A stretch of 43,818 nt of DNA from Verrucomicrobiota bacterium. GTDB lineage: Bacteria; Verrucomicrobiota; Verrucomicrobiia; Limisphaerales; CAIQOK01. Each line of letters opens with the position of its first letter. Positions within the stretch are counted from its first letter, which is position 1. Positions 17,312 through 26,085 of the stretch are shown one piece after another. The position numbers and the translations under genes are program-made. Below the pieces are notes generated by a model that did not search any database, was not told the DNA's origin, and was given only the letters and a program-made list of their open reading frames with translations. The stretch spans positions 1 to 43,818 of the forward strand of contig JAYWBR010000163.1 in assembly GCA_043781315.1 (NCBI GenBank), in the 5' to 3' direction.

Positions 17312-19594
17312 TTGAAGCACAAACAAAAAAAATCAAACAGGGCTACAGTTGCCTCCGCTCCCAAACCACCGCTCTCGCCCGGACGGAGATGGCTGTTTCG
17401 CAGCGTCGTGTTGCTGCTGCCTTTCCTGTTGCTGGCATTGATTGAGGCTGGCCTGCGCCTGGCGGGCTACGGTTACGACACGGCATTTTTTAAGACCGAG
17501 CGGGACGCCAATGGTAAAAAATTTCTCATCAACAACGACCGCTTCACGCGCCGCTTTTTTCCGCCTGAACTGGCCCGCTGGCCGGGCACGTTCAAAGTGG
17601 CGGCGGAGAAACCGCCGGACGTGCAACGGATCTTCATCTTCGGCGAATCCGCCGCGATGGGCGATCCGCAGCCGTCCGTGGGCGCCTCGCACGATCTGGA
17701 AATTCTCCTGCGCGAAAAATTTCCCAGGCAAAATTTTGAAATCGTCAACCTCGGCATCACCGCCATCAATTCGCACGTCATCCTGCCCCTCGCGCAGGAC
17801 GTGGCCGCGCGCGGTCAGGGCGACCTCTGGCTGATTTACATGGGCAACAACGAAATGGTCGGACCGTTTGGTGCCGCCACCGTGTTTGGTTCTCGTGCGC
17901 CGCCGTTGGCCGTGGTGCGGTTAAATCTGGCCATCCAAAAAACCCGCGTCGGACAGTGGGTGGTTTCCCTGATGCGTCAGCTTGGCCGCAAACCGTCGAA
18001 TGCAACTTGGGGTGGGATGAAAATGTTTTTGCAGAATCAGATTCCGCCCGACGATGCGCGGCGGGAAACTGTCTATCAAAACTTCGCGCGCAACCTGCGC
18101 GACATTGTGCAGGCCGGCCAGCGGAGTGGCGCGAAGATTATTCTCAGCACCGTCTCGGTGAACCTGCGGGATTGTCCGCCGTTCGGTTCCCTGATGAACA
18201 GCAATCTGCCCGCGACCGGTCAGGCGCAGTTTGCTTCGCTTTACGCGGACGCGCTGGCGCTTCAGACGAACGGTCATCCGGCGGAAGCCGCTGAGAAATT
18301 TTCACAGGCGGCGCAGCTGGAGCCGAAGTTCGCCGGACTGCAATTCCGCTGGGCGCAATGCTTGCTGAATGAAACCAACTTCACCGCGGCGCGCGCGCAT
18401 TTCCAAATGGCGTGCGATGTGGATGCGCTGCCGTTCCGGGCCGACACGCGCATCAATGGCGCGATCCGTTCGTTCGCGGCGGAAATGGCCGGGAATAATT
18501 TTGCCTTCTGCGATGCCGAAGCCGCAATGAAGACTGGTGTGCCCGACGGCATTGCGGGCGACGAATCCTTTTTCGAGCATGTGCATTTTAATTTCGACGG
18601 CAACTATCGCCTCGCCAAAATCTGGGCGGAGCAAATCGCCAAACTATTGCCAGACGAAGTTCGGCGCACGGCGCGCGCGGACTGGGTGAGCCAGGAATTC
18701 TGTGAGCGCGCCATCGGCTTGTCGGACTGGAATCGCATGTTTGTTTTTTCCTCCGTCGTGGCGCGGATGGGATTGCCGCCGCTGGCGGCACAGTTCAACA
18801 ACCCGGCGCGGGTAGAAGTATTGCAGCGGACCATGGCCGGTCTGCGTCAGCGCATGGAGCAAACTAACGTGGTGACGCAGGCACGCGCGGACTTTGAGAC
18901 GGCGCTGACCCGCGCGCCTACAGACAATTTTCTGCACGAGAATCATGGGAATTTCCTGGAGTCCATCGGCGACAACCCGGGTGCGCTGGCGGAGTATTTG
19001 AAGATCACCGAACTGTTGCCGCAAGATTTCTATGGTTGTTTGCAGTCCGGACGGATGCTCCGCGAATCCGGGCGGGCGGCGGAGGCCGCGCCGTTGCTGC
19101 GGCGGGCGGCGGCGGAACGCCCCTCCTTGCCGGAACCGTGGTTTGAATTGGGCATGGCCGTGGCTGAACACGGAGACTACGCCGAAGCGCTGGGATTTTT
19201 TGAGCGGGCGGTGCAGCTGCGTCCCACGGACGGAAGCTATCTGGCTCATCAGGCCAAGGCGTTGTCGAAATTGAATCGCCATGCCGAAGCGATTGGGGTT
19301 TATCGCGCGGCCCTCCAGTTGTACGGCGGCAGTTGGGAGGGGCACTTTGAACTGGCGGGCGAACTGGCCGGGGTGAATGAAGTGGCGGAGTCCATCAAGG
19401 AGTACACCGAGGTGGTGCGGCTCAATCCGCGCCATGCGGTCGCGCGGGTGAATCTTGGTGTGATGCTGGTGCGCCAAAACCGGATGGCCGAAGCCATCCA
19501 TGAATTTGAAAATGCGCTGGGGTTGGATCCCGATAACGCGGCGGCGAAGGATTATTTGCGCCAGGTTTCCACAAGGCGGAATCAGAAGCGGTAA
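17312..19594 (+). CDS. membrane-anchored SGNH/GDSL-like hydrolase domain protein with C-terminal TPR repeats (760 aa)
   Basis: TM segment LFRSVVLLLPFLLLALIEAGL. SGNH-like blocks IFIFGESAAMG, YMGNNE, and FEHVHFNFDGNYRLA. Multiple TPR-like repeats in the C-terminal 300 aa. TTG start as in the track, so the start is uncertain. Confidence 0.6.
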   Translation: MKHKQKKSNRATVASAPKPPLSPGRRWLFRSVVLLLPFLLLALIEAGLRLAGYGYDTAFFKTERDANGKKFLINNDRFTRRFFPPELARWPGTFKVAAEKPPDVQRIFIFGESAAMGDPQPSVGASHDLEILLREKFPRQNFEIVNLGITAINSHVILPLAQDVAARGQGDLWLIYMGNNEMVGPFGAATVFGSRAPPLAVVRLNLAIQKTRVGQWVVSLMRQLGRKPSNATWGGMKMFLQNQIPPDDARRETVYQNFARNLRDIVQAGQRSGAKIILSTVSVNLRDCPPFGSLMNSNLPATGQAQFASLYADALALQTNGHPAEAAEKFSQAAQLEPKFAGLQFRWAQCLLNETNFTAARAHFQMACDVDALPFRADTRINGAIRSFAAEMAGNNFAFCDAEAAMKTGVPDGIAGDESFFEHVHFNFDGNYRLAKIWAEQIAKLLPDEVRRTARADWVSQEFCERAIGLSDWNRMFVFSSVVARMGLPPLAAQFNNPARVEVLQRTMAGLRQRMEQTNVVTQARADFETALTRAPTDNFLHENHGNFLESIGDNPGALAEYLKITELLPQDFYGCLQSGRMLRESGRAAEAAPLLRRAAAERPSLPEPWFELGMAVAEHGDYAEALGFFERAVQLRPTDGSYLAHQAKALSKLNRHAEAIGVYRAALQLYGGSWEGHFELAGELAGVNEVAESIKEYTEVVRLNPRHAVARVNLGVMLVRQNRMAEAIHEFENALGLDPDNAAAKDYLRQVSTRRNQKR

Positions 19595-19607
19595 TTCCAA
19601 CTTGGCT

Positions 19608-22349
19608 TCATTCCACCGACAGCCGGAAAAAACGAACCGCATCCGCTGGCGTCCAGTAGAGCTGCCAGATGCCATTCTGATTGACCGGCGTGTTGGTGAC
19701 GGGCAGCCATGCTGTGGGTGGAACTAAACTCGCCGTGCTGCGCAGTAGCAGGTAGCTGGCGGCGTTGGACCAGGACAACAAGACATTGGCGGCGGCGGCG
19801 CTGGCCGAGAGCCGTGGGAACGGCACGGACGCGCTGGCTTCGTTGGAGGGGAGGCTTTCACCATACGTATTGAAGGCGGTGACAATGTAGTAAACCGTCG
19901 TGCCGTTGGTGATGGTGGTGTCAGTGTAATTCGTGCCGGAAATTCCCGTGGCAATCACGGTGAAATTTCCACCACTGGTGGCGGCGCGTTTGATGTTGTA
20001 GCTGGACGCTCCCGCCACCCCGTTCCAATTCAGTTTCACTTGTGCGCTGGTAGCCGTGGCCAGCAGGCCCGTTGGCGCAGCGGGCAACAGGCTGGTGAAT
20101 TGCAGCCAGTTCAAGTTGAACCCGGCGATGTCCACCACCACCCGAAATGAATTTGCGGGCAGCGCGTTCGTGAAGATGCGGGGTGCGAGCGTGGTCCACG
20201 TTTGCCAGCCGCCGGTGGCCGGGATGTTGATCGCGCCGGTGACGTTGCTCCCGCCCAGTTCAACATGAAAGCGTCCGCCTGCTGCATTGGCGGCGACCCG
20301 TGGTGAAATTGAAAATGGTCCGGCGGGAATCGGCACGGTGTATTTCATCCAGTCGCCGGCATCGAGCCAGCCGACATCGTATCCTATCGTCGGTGCGGAA
20401 TCGCTGCTGGCCTCGATGTCCACCGCGTCGTTGCGATAGGAAGAGCCGCTGTTGTAAGCGCCGTTGGTGGTCTGATCCAGATACGCTTCCCCGAAACGGC
20501 CCAGGTCATAATCCGCGGCGAAGATGACGCCGGGCACGGAATTGCTTTTGAACGGCAGCGTCAAGCCCTGGGTGTTGGGACGCAGCAAGGCATCCAAAAC
20601 ATCGGGATGCACGACGCAGTTTTCATAACGCGTGGCTTGGGCGAGTGCGAGTAGCCCACTCATCGCATCGTTGGTGGACGGGCGCGGGCCGGTGTTGTTC
20701 CAGTAGTTGAGAATGGTCTGATATCCGGCGGGCTTCTGGACGATGACCGGGCCGGCGATGGTGCCAATTTTTTTCCAAGGCCACCACGCCCAGCCAATGT
20801 TGTTTTGCTCGGCGTAGCGAACGACGTCGCGAAACCATTCATTCGCGTTCTCGCCGGACTCGCCCAGCCACACGGGCAGGTTCCATTGATTGCGTTTGTC
20901 CACCCAAGGTTGAAATGAGGCGGCGGTGGCCTGATCAAAGTATTTGTGGAAGCTGATGACAAGGTTGTCATCCCACGGCGGGAGGAGGCCGTTGTAATTT
21001 CCGGCCCAGCAATTGCCTTCAAGAAAAACAATGTGGTTCGTGTCCACCTGCCGGATGGCGGCGGTGATGTCCATGAACACTTGGCGCAACGGCGCGTTGG
21101 TCTGATCATTGCAGCCGTTGAGGTTGGCGTTGTTCTCAAAGGTCCAGTTGGGTTCGTTGATGAGATCGTAACCGCCAACCCACGTTTTGTTTGCGTAGTG
21201 GGAGGCGACCTCACGCCAGAGCGCGATGAGCTTGGTGCGATTGGTTGAATTCTCCCACAAGGATGGAGCGGGCGGATTGTAGTCGGAGATCGGTTGGTCG
21301 TGACCTTCTCCGCCGGGGCAGCCGTGCATATCAAGGATCAGATAAATGTGGTTCGTCTCGCACCAGCCCAGCAAGTCATCCACGAGCTTGAAACCATTCG
21401 TGAGCCAGGTGTTCTGGCCAGGCACGGGTTCCTGTTCGATCGGCAAGGTGAACAGGTTGTAATGCATTGGCAGCCGGATGGAATTAAATCCCGCCGCCGC
21501 CAGCGCGGCCACATCGGCTTCGCGCACATAATTAGTCAACCATGCGGTGTAGAAGGTTTGCGTGTTATTGGTGCCAACCAACGCCGCGATCTTGATTTTG
21601 AGCTGCTGCTGATTGGTCACGATGCCGGAGACATCCATCATGTAAGGCTCTTGCAGCATCCAGTTGCCCAGTCCCATGCCGCGCAGAATCACGTTTTGTC
21701 CGAGGGCATTCACGATTTGTTTTCCCGAAACGCGCAGGAAGCCGCCCGTCAAATCAGGCTGCTTGGTGACTTGGAGGTAGTTGAGATTCTGCCCGCCGAT
21801 CGCGAAGTCCAGCCGCAGCAAATGCGCGCCGGTGGTCAGCACCAGGTTACTGACGGTGACCGACTGCCATGTTTGATAACCGCCGGTGAAGGGCGTGGTG
21901 GCGGAGCACAACGGAACACCATCCACCGAGGTCTGGATGTTGCCCGTGCCGTTGCCCGAGGCGACGCGGAAAGCAATTTGATACACCGCCGTGGTCTGCA
22001 CGTTGAGCGAGTAGTTCAACCATTCGCCCGAAGCGATATAACCAACATCGTAACCGCCGCCGAGATCGGTGGTGACTTCGATATCCACATCGTCGCTGCG
22101 ATACGCGCCGCCGGAGTTGCCGGCGGTCGTGTCGAAAAAAGAAATGCCGGGACCGTTGGTGTCGTAGTTCTCCGCCTCAATTCGTCCGGGAACGGGAATA
22201 GGCCGCGCCACCTGCGCGGCGGCGTCTGGCAAGGTGAGCAAACCGAACGACAGCGCCACACCAAGCCACCACGCGGGGAAAACTTTGCGCCGCCACGCCG
22301 CGCGTGCCGGCACAGCCCATACGTTCCAAGCCTGTAATAGTAATCTCAT
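19608..22349 (-). CDS. secreted GH5 glycoside hydrolase flanked by two CBM6-like modules, with an Fn3 domain and a C-terminal FFRL module (913 aa)
   Basis: CBM6-like segments GRIEAENYDTNGPGISFFDT...GEWLNYSLNV and FAADYDLGRFGEAYLDQ...GDWMKYTV. GH5-like segments NSIRLPMHYN, LILDMHGCPGG, DLINEPN, FHKY, and WLGESGE. Fn3 segment APTGLLATATSAQVKLNWNGVAGASSYNIKRA. Ends RFFRLSVE. Confidence 0.75.
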   Translation of the reverse strand: MRLLLQAWNVWAVPARAAWRRKVFPAWWLGVALSFGLLTLPDAAAQVARPIPVPGRIEAENYDTNGPGISFFDTTAGNSGGAYRSDDVDIEVTTDLGGGYDVGYIASGEWLNYSLNVQTTAVYQIAFRVASGNGTGNIQTSVDGVPLCSATTPFTGGYQTWQSVTVSNLVLTTGAHLLRLDFAIGGQNLNYLQVTKQPDLTGGFLRVSGKQIVNALGQNVILRGMGLGNWMLQEPYMMDVSGIVTNQQQLKIKIAALVGTNNTQTFYTAWLTNYVREADVAALAAAGFNSIRLPMHYNLFTLPIEQEPVPGQNTWLTNGFKLVDDLLGWCETNHIYLILDMHGCPGGEGHDQPISDYNPPAPSLWENSTNRTKLIALWREVASHYANKTWVGGYDLINEPNWTFENNANLNGCNDQTNAPLRQVFMDITAAIRQVDTNHIVFLEGNCWAGNYNGLLPPWDDNLVISFHKYFDQATAASFQPWVDKRNQWNLPVWLGESGENANEWFRDVVRYAEQNNIGWAWWPWKKIGTIAGPVIVQKPAGYQTILNYWNNTGPRPSTNDAMSGLLALAQATRYENCVVHPDVLDALLRPNTQGLTLPFKSNSVPGVIFAADYDLGRFGEAYLDQTTNGAYNSGSSYRNDAVDIEASSDSAPTIGYDVGWLDAGDWMKYTVPIPAGPFSISPRVAANAAGGRFHVELGGSNVTGAINIPATGGWQTWTTLAPRIFTNALPANSFRVVVDIAGFNLNWLQFTSLLPAAPTGLLATATSAQVKLNWNGVAGASSYNIKRAATSGGNFTVIATGISGTNYTDTTITNGTTVYYIVTAFNTYGESLPSNEASASVPFPRLSASAAAANVLLSWSNAASYLLLRSTASLVPPTAWLPVTNTPVNQNGIWQLYWTPADAVRFFRLSVE

Positions 22350-22418
22350 CGTTGATTGGGCTGATCACGCAGACTGTGCGCAAGCCCTGAGCAGCATAAT
22401 GCCTTGGTTTGCGAACGT

Positions 22419-22438
22419 CATCCCTCAAAAGAGGGATG
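22419..22438. promoter_or_regulatory. palindrome CATCCCTC-AAAA-GAGGGATG about 70 nt upstream of the GH5 gene
   Basis: Perfect 8-bp arms read directly from the sequence. Located in the 5' region of the minus-strand GH5 CDS (start 22349). Confidence 0.4.
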
Positions 22439-22541
22439 CGGTTCGGGCAGCGATCTGCGATGCAATAACTGGGCGTCGGGATTTATGGATCGGGTTCACT
22501 CCATACTCGCCAAGGCTTCGATATCTACCTAGTTTGCCCGC

Positions 22542-23093
22542 GTGAGCATTGTTACTAAAACCGGAGACAAGGGTATAACCGGGTTGATGTTTGGTCGGCG
22601 CGTCTCGAAGAGCAGTCCGCGCGTGGAAGCGTGCGGCGCGGTGGACGAATTAAATGCTGCCATCGGTCTCGCCCGCGCGACTTCCAAACGAAAATTTTTG
22701 CGCGAGAATCTTTTTCTCATCCAGAAGGAGTTGGTGGTTCTCATGGGCGAAATCGGCGTCGCCAAGCAGGATTTACCGCGTTACCTCAAGGGCGGTTACT
22801 CGCTCGTCACGCCCGCCATGACGGCAAAGCTGGATGCGCTCGTCGAACAACTCGAAGCGCAAAACATTTCCTTCCAGGGTTGGGCGACGCCCGGCGCGAA
22901 TGTGAATTCAGCCGCGCTGGATGTGGCGCGCACGGTGTGTCGCCGGGCGGAACGGCGCGTCTGCGCCTTGCAAGCCACGAGCGAATTGCACAACCCGGAA
23001 ATCATTGTTTATCTGAATCGTCTCGCCGATCTGCTGTGGCTGCTGGCGCGCTGGACGGAGCAGCCGGCGGGCAAGCGCAAACCCGCGAAATAA
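22542..23093 (+). CDS. ATP:cob(I)alamin adenosyltransferase, PduO type (183 aa)
   Basis: N-terminus (GTG start) SIVTKTGDKGITGLMFGRRVSKSSPRVEACGAVDELNAAIGLA is typical of the PduO-type family. Confidence 0.8.
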   Translation: MSIVTKTGDKGITGLMFGRRVSKSSPRVEACGAVDELNAAIGLARATSKRKFLRENLFLIQKELVVLMGEIGVAKQDLPRYLKGGYSLVTPAMTAKLDALVEQLEAQNISFQGWATPGANVNSAALDVARTVCRRAERRVCALQATSELHNPEIIVYLNRLADLLWLLARWTEQPAGKRKPAK

Positions 23094-23155
23094 TTTTCAG
23101 CGAGCGGGGTTTACGCGGCTGTGAATTGTTGAGGTTCGCGCAAAAATAGGGAGAC

Positions 23156-23256
23156 GGAGCGCGGAGCATTGCTCCGCAAGGATGGTCTGGGGTATTCGTC
23201 TGGCGGAGCGATGCTCCGCGCTCCTTTCCGCCGGGCGCGCACGGAGTGTCGCGCCC
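23156..23256. repeat. stacked GC-rich palindromes between the convergent adenosyltransferase and RibD_C genes
   Basis: GGAGCGCGGAGCATTGCTCCGC (23156-23177) against GCGGAGCGATGCTCCGCGCTCC (23203-23224), 1 mismatch. Followed by the hairpin GGGCGCG-cacggagtgt-CGCGCCC (23233-23256), the same unit as in rluE. Confidence 0.85.
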
Positions 23257-23285
23257 TACCTTGGAAGTTGCCGCACCCGACTCGA

Positions 23286-24065
23286 TCACACCCGGTTGAC
23301 GGCGCGCTTTTTAAAAACGAGAAAAATTTCTTCCCCAATCCGCTTCCGCGACTGCACTTCAAAGTCGGCGGCGGCGGACAGTTTCTGAAAACCCACGCCG
23401 TCGGCAATCGTCGGGGCAGTACGCCCGCCGAAAATTTTCGGGCAGATCGTCAGATGCAGTTCATCCACCAAACCCGCGCGAAACAAGGCGTCGTTCAACT
23501 CGCCGCCGCCTTCGCAGAGCAGCCGTTGCACGCCCCATTTTTTTTGGAGCCAGCTCAAAGCCTGGCGAAAATTAATTACCTTTGCCCCGCAGATTTTCAC
23601 TTCGGTGGCGAGGGTGCGGAGTTTTTTCAACCTGCTTTCATTGGCGCGCTCAGTGGTGAGAATGAGGATCGGCGAAAAGTCGTGCCGGAAAATTTCCGCG
23701 TCGGGGTTCACCGTGCCGCTGCGACTGACGATGATCCGCAAATTAAATTCGGCCAGACCGCGCTGGATTCGGCGGCGGCGAAACTTCGCCGGGCCGGGGC
23801 CGAGATTCACTTTGGCCGAGTCCACGGTGCGCGCGCCGGCCATGACGGCGTCCGCCGTGGCGCGCAGTTCGAGCAGATGATCGTGATCGCGCCGGCTGCC
23901 GAAGGTGGAGACGGCGCGGTTGGCCGTGGCGATTTTTCCATCGGTGGTCATGGCCATGTTGATGAGGACGAAGGGACGTGAAACGTGAGGCGTGAAACGT
24001 GAAACGTGAGAGGGGCGTTTCAGATTTTGGATTTTGGATTTTGGATTTTGGATTCGCCGACTCAT
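23286..24065 (-). CDS. RibD C-terminal-domain (DHFR-like) reductase (259 aa) with a repeat-encoded N-terminal extension
   Basis: RPFVLINMAMTTDGKIA...STFGSRRDHDHLLELRATADAVMAGARTV...LLCEGGGELNDALFRAGLVDELHLTICPKIFGG. The only in-frame start upstream of the conserved first strand is ATG at 24065, which overlaps the queA stop (ATGA). Confidence 0.7.
   Translation of the reverse strand: MSRRIQNPKSKIQNLKRPSHVSRFTPHVSRPFVLINMAMTTDGKIATANRAVSTFGSRRDHDHLLELRATADAVMAGARTVDSAKVNLGPGPAKFRRRRIQRGLAEFNLRIIVSRSGTVNPDAEIFRHDFSPILILTTERANESRLKKLRTLATEVKICGAKVINFRQALSWLQKKWGVQRLLCEGGGELNDALFRAGLVDELHLTICPKIFGGRTAPTIADGVGFQKLSAAADFEVQSRKRIGEEIFLVFKKRAVNRV
23977..24057. repeat. tandem heptamer words (CGTGAAA/CGTGAGG)x5 then (GATTTTG)x4-5, within the 5' end of the RibD_C gene
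   Basis: Read directly: 23977-24011 and 24023-24057, period 7. The words are shared with the hairpins at 33436-33486 and 39100-39184. Confidence 0.85.
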
Positions 24066-25138
24066 AAAATTAACATCGCGTCGCCGTAGCTGAAAAAGCG
24101 GTAGCGCTCGCGGATGGCTTCGGCGTAGGCGGACAAAATCATTTCGCGGCCGCGCGTTTCGCCGGGCGCAGCGAAGGCGCTGACAAGCATCAGCAGGGTG
24201 GAGCAGGGGAGGTGAAAGTTGGTGAGCAACGCGTCCACGATTTGAAACGTGCGCGGCGGATAAATAAAAATCCGCGTGCGGCCGGTGCCGGGGGTGAGCG
24301 GTCCGGAATTTTTCTCGGCGGCACTTTCAAGCACGCGGACGCTGGTGGTTCCGACCGCGAAAACACGGCGTTTTTCGCGCTTCGCGGCATTCACGATGCG
24401 CGCGGTTTCCTCGTTCAACTCAAACCGTTCCTCGTGCATTTGATGCGCAGAAAGAGTTTCGGCTTTGACGGGTGCGAACGTTCCGAGGCCGACGTGCAGC
24501 GTGACGAAACAAACCTGGACACCGCGCGAACGGATTTCGTCGAGCAGGGTTTCGGTAAAGTGCAAACCGGCTGTGGGTGCCGCGACGGAGCCGGCGGGTT
24601 CGGCGAAAACGGTCTGGTAGCGTTCGCGATCTTCCGGCTCGTGCGCGGAATTTTCGCGGGTGATGTACGGCGGCAGCGGAATTTCACCGAGCGAGTTCAA
24701 CTGGTCGAAAATATTTCCGGCGCCGGAAAATTGCAGGCGACGATGACCTTCGTCGTTCGTGTCAGTCACGGTGGCGTGGATGGCAGTGGGCTCGCCGGCG
24801 AGGTCGGTTAAAATAATTTTGGTGCCGACACGGGCGCGTTTGCCGGGGCGGAGCATGGCCCACCAATCGTTGGGGGAATTTTCTTCGACCAGCAATATTT
24901 CAAATTTTCCGCCGGTCGCGGCATTGAGGCCGCGCAGTCGGGCGGGGATGACACGCGAGTTGTTTAAGACGAGGACATCGCCCGCGCGAAAAAAATCCAG
25001 AAGGTCGCGGAATTTTTTATGCGCGACTTTTCCGGAAGCGCGCGACAGCACGAGCAGTCGGGATTCATCCCGGCGCGCGGCGGGGGTCTGCGCGATCAGC
25101 TCGGGCGGCAGTTCGAAATTAAAATCCGCTGTTTGCAT
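24062..25138 (-). CDS. queA: S-adenosylmethionine:tRNA ribosyltransferase-isomerase (358 aa)
   Basis: Start at MQTADFNFELPPELIAQTPAARRDESRLLVL. Also IPLPPYI, TAGLHFT, HVGLGTF, VGTTSVR, and TNFHLPCSTLLMLVSAF. Confidence 0.9.
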   Translation of the reverse strand: MQTADFNFELPPELIAQTPAARRDESRLLVLSRASGKVAHKKFRDLLDFFRAGDVLVLNNSRVIPARLRGLNAATGGKFEILLVEENSPNDWWAMLRPGKRARVGTKIILTDLAGEPTAIHATVTDTNDEGHRRLQFSGAGNIFDQLNSLGEIPLPPYITRENSAHEPEDRERYQTVFAEPAGSVAAPTAGLHFTETLLDEIRSRGVQVCFVTLHVGLGTFAPVKAETLSAHQMHEERFELNEETARIVNAAKREKRRVFAVGTTSVRVLESAAEKNSGPLTPGTGRTRIFIYPPRTFQIVDALLTNFHLPCSTLLMLVSAFAAPGETRGREMILSAYAEAIRERYRFFSYGDAMLIL

Positions 25139-25229
25139 GTCGTGGTCAGCGTAACAGTGGAGGAAGGGGTTCTTCAAAGCCGGAGTTTGGGATGGCGGTG
25201 ATTGGTTCTAAACCGGAACAGTTCTGCTA

Positions 25230-25392
25230 AACCACGAAATACACGAACCACACGAAAAAGAAAAACCTAGGCAGACGGCCGGGCTAAACTTTCAATGGGT
25301 GAACATGTACGGAATTATTCAGCAGCCGATGGAATGCAGTTTGGCAGCGGTTTGCACCTGCCCGTTTTGTGTGTTTTGTGTATTTCGTGGTT
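25230..25392. repeat. long-loop hairpin with CACGAA-word arms in the queA/mraZ divergent region
   Basis: AACCACGAAATACACGAACCACACGAAAA (from 25230) against GTTTTGTGTGTTTTGTGTATTTCGTGGTT (25364-25392), with a loop of ~100 nt. Two of the three internal mismatches are G:T, which pair as G-U only in plus-strand RNA. Confidence 0.75.
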
Positions 25393-25517
25393 AATCCTTC
25401 TGCATGATTTCAGCTAAATCCCCCTCGAAAGAGGCGGTTTATTCCCAGTTCTCCGCCGAGGTTGAAAAATTGTGAATAACATTTTGATAAATCTGCTTCT
25501 TCGGTGTTGACGGTAAC

Positions 25518-25562
25518 TGGGGTGATATGTGACATTCTGTGGCGTTGAGGGGTAATTTGGGT
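25518..25562 (+). promoter_or_regulatory. candidate MraZ operator: five 10-bp-phased TGGGN-like boxes
   Basis: TGGGG (25518), TGTGA (25528), TGTGG (25538), AGGGG (25548), TGGGT (25558), at exactly 10-nt spacing. The array ends ~48 nt upstream of the mraZ ATG. Confidence 0.5.
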
Positions 25563-25609
25563 TGAGAGTAGCTCGAAAGTAAACGCTGTGAATAAGTTTG
25601 GCCGCTGAA

Positions 25610-26080
25610 ATGGAACCGCAGAAGAACATCGAAACGACGATTTACAACTCGTCCTACCGCCACGGGGTGGATGGGGCGCGTCGTTTGCAGATTCCTTCCA
25701 AGTGGCGGCCGGCGGAAGCGGGCGTGGAGTTCACCTTGATCCTGTGGCCGAAGTCAAAAGAGGGGCCGTGCCTCCGTGTGCTGCCGCCGCAGGAGATGGC
25801 GGAGTTGATGCGGGACATTGACGCGATGGCGAACAGCGATCCGAACAAGGTGGTGTTGAAACGATTTATCGGGAGTGAGTCCATCCAGGTGGCTCTTGAT
25901 AAGGGGGGAAGAATTTGTTTGCCCGAAGCGATGGCGGCGGCGGCGGGAATCAAGGCCGACGAGGATGCCATGCTGGTGGGTTTGTTGGACCGGTTCGAGA
26001 TCTGGAATCCGGATCGTTATGAAAAAGTGCGCGCGACCGACGCCGTGATGGCGACGGAGGCGTTCAAGATGATGGAGTAA
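25610..26080 (+). CDS. mraZ: transcriptional regulator MraZ (156 aa)
   Basis: Two SpoVT/AbrB-like halves (YRHGVDGARRLQIPSKWR and VALDKGGRICLPEAM). First gene of the dcw cluster. ATG at 25610 is preferred over TTG at 25598. Confidence 0.85.
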   Translation: MEPQKNIETTIYNSSYRHGVDGARRLQIPSKWRPAEAGVEFTLILWPKSKEGPCLRVLPPQEMAELMRDIDAMANSDPNKVVLKRFIGSESIQVALDKGGRICLPEAMAAAAGIKADEDAMLVGLLDRFEIWNPDRYEKVRATDAVMATEAFKMME

Positions 26081-26085
26081 TCAAC

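Noticed and set aside
22350-22541. Cobalamin riboswitch upstream of the PduO-type adenosyltransferase.
   Set aside because: I could not find a B12-box-like core (GCCACTG type) or the expected multi-stem arrangement. Only a short palindrome is present, and it is better explained as an operator for the divergent GH5 gene.
23977-24057. Could the short tandem repeats be a CRISPR array?
   Set aside because: The period is 7 nt with no unique spacers, no ~24-48-nt repeats and no cas genes nearby. It is a simple-sequence word array, not a CRISPR array.
25421-25436. A third copy of the CCCTC-N4-GAGGG palindrome (CCCCTCGAAAGAGGCGG).
   Set aside because: Only 4 bp can pair and the flanks do not match the other two copies. 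It is too weak to group with them.
25507-25535. Sigma-70-like promoter (TTGACG ... TATGTG/GATATG) upstream of mraZ.
   Set aside because: The -35-like hexamer is good, but spacing to any -10-like hexamer is only 12-14 nt by my count and the -10 candidates are weak. Promoter consensus for this lineage is uncertain, so no promoter was called.
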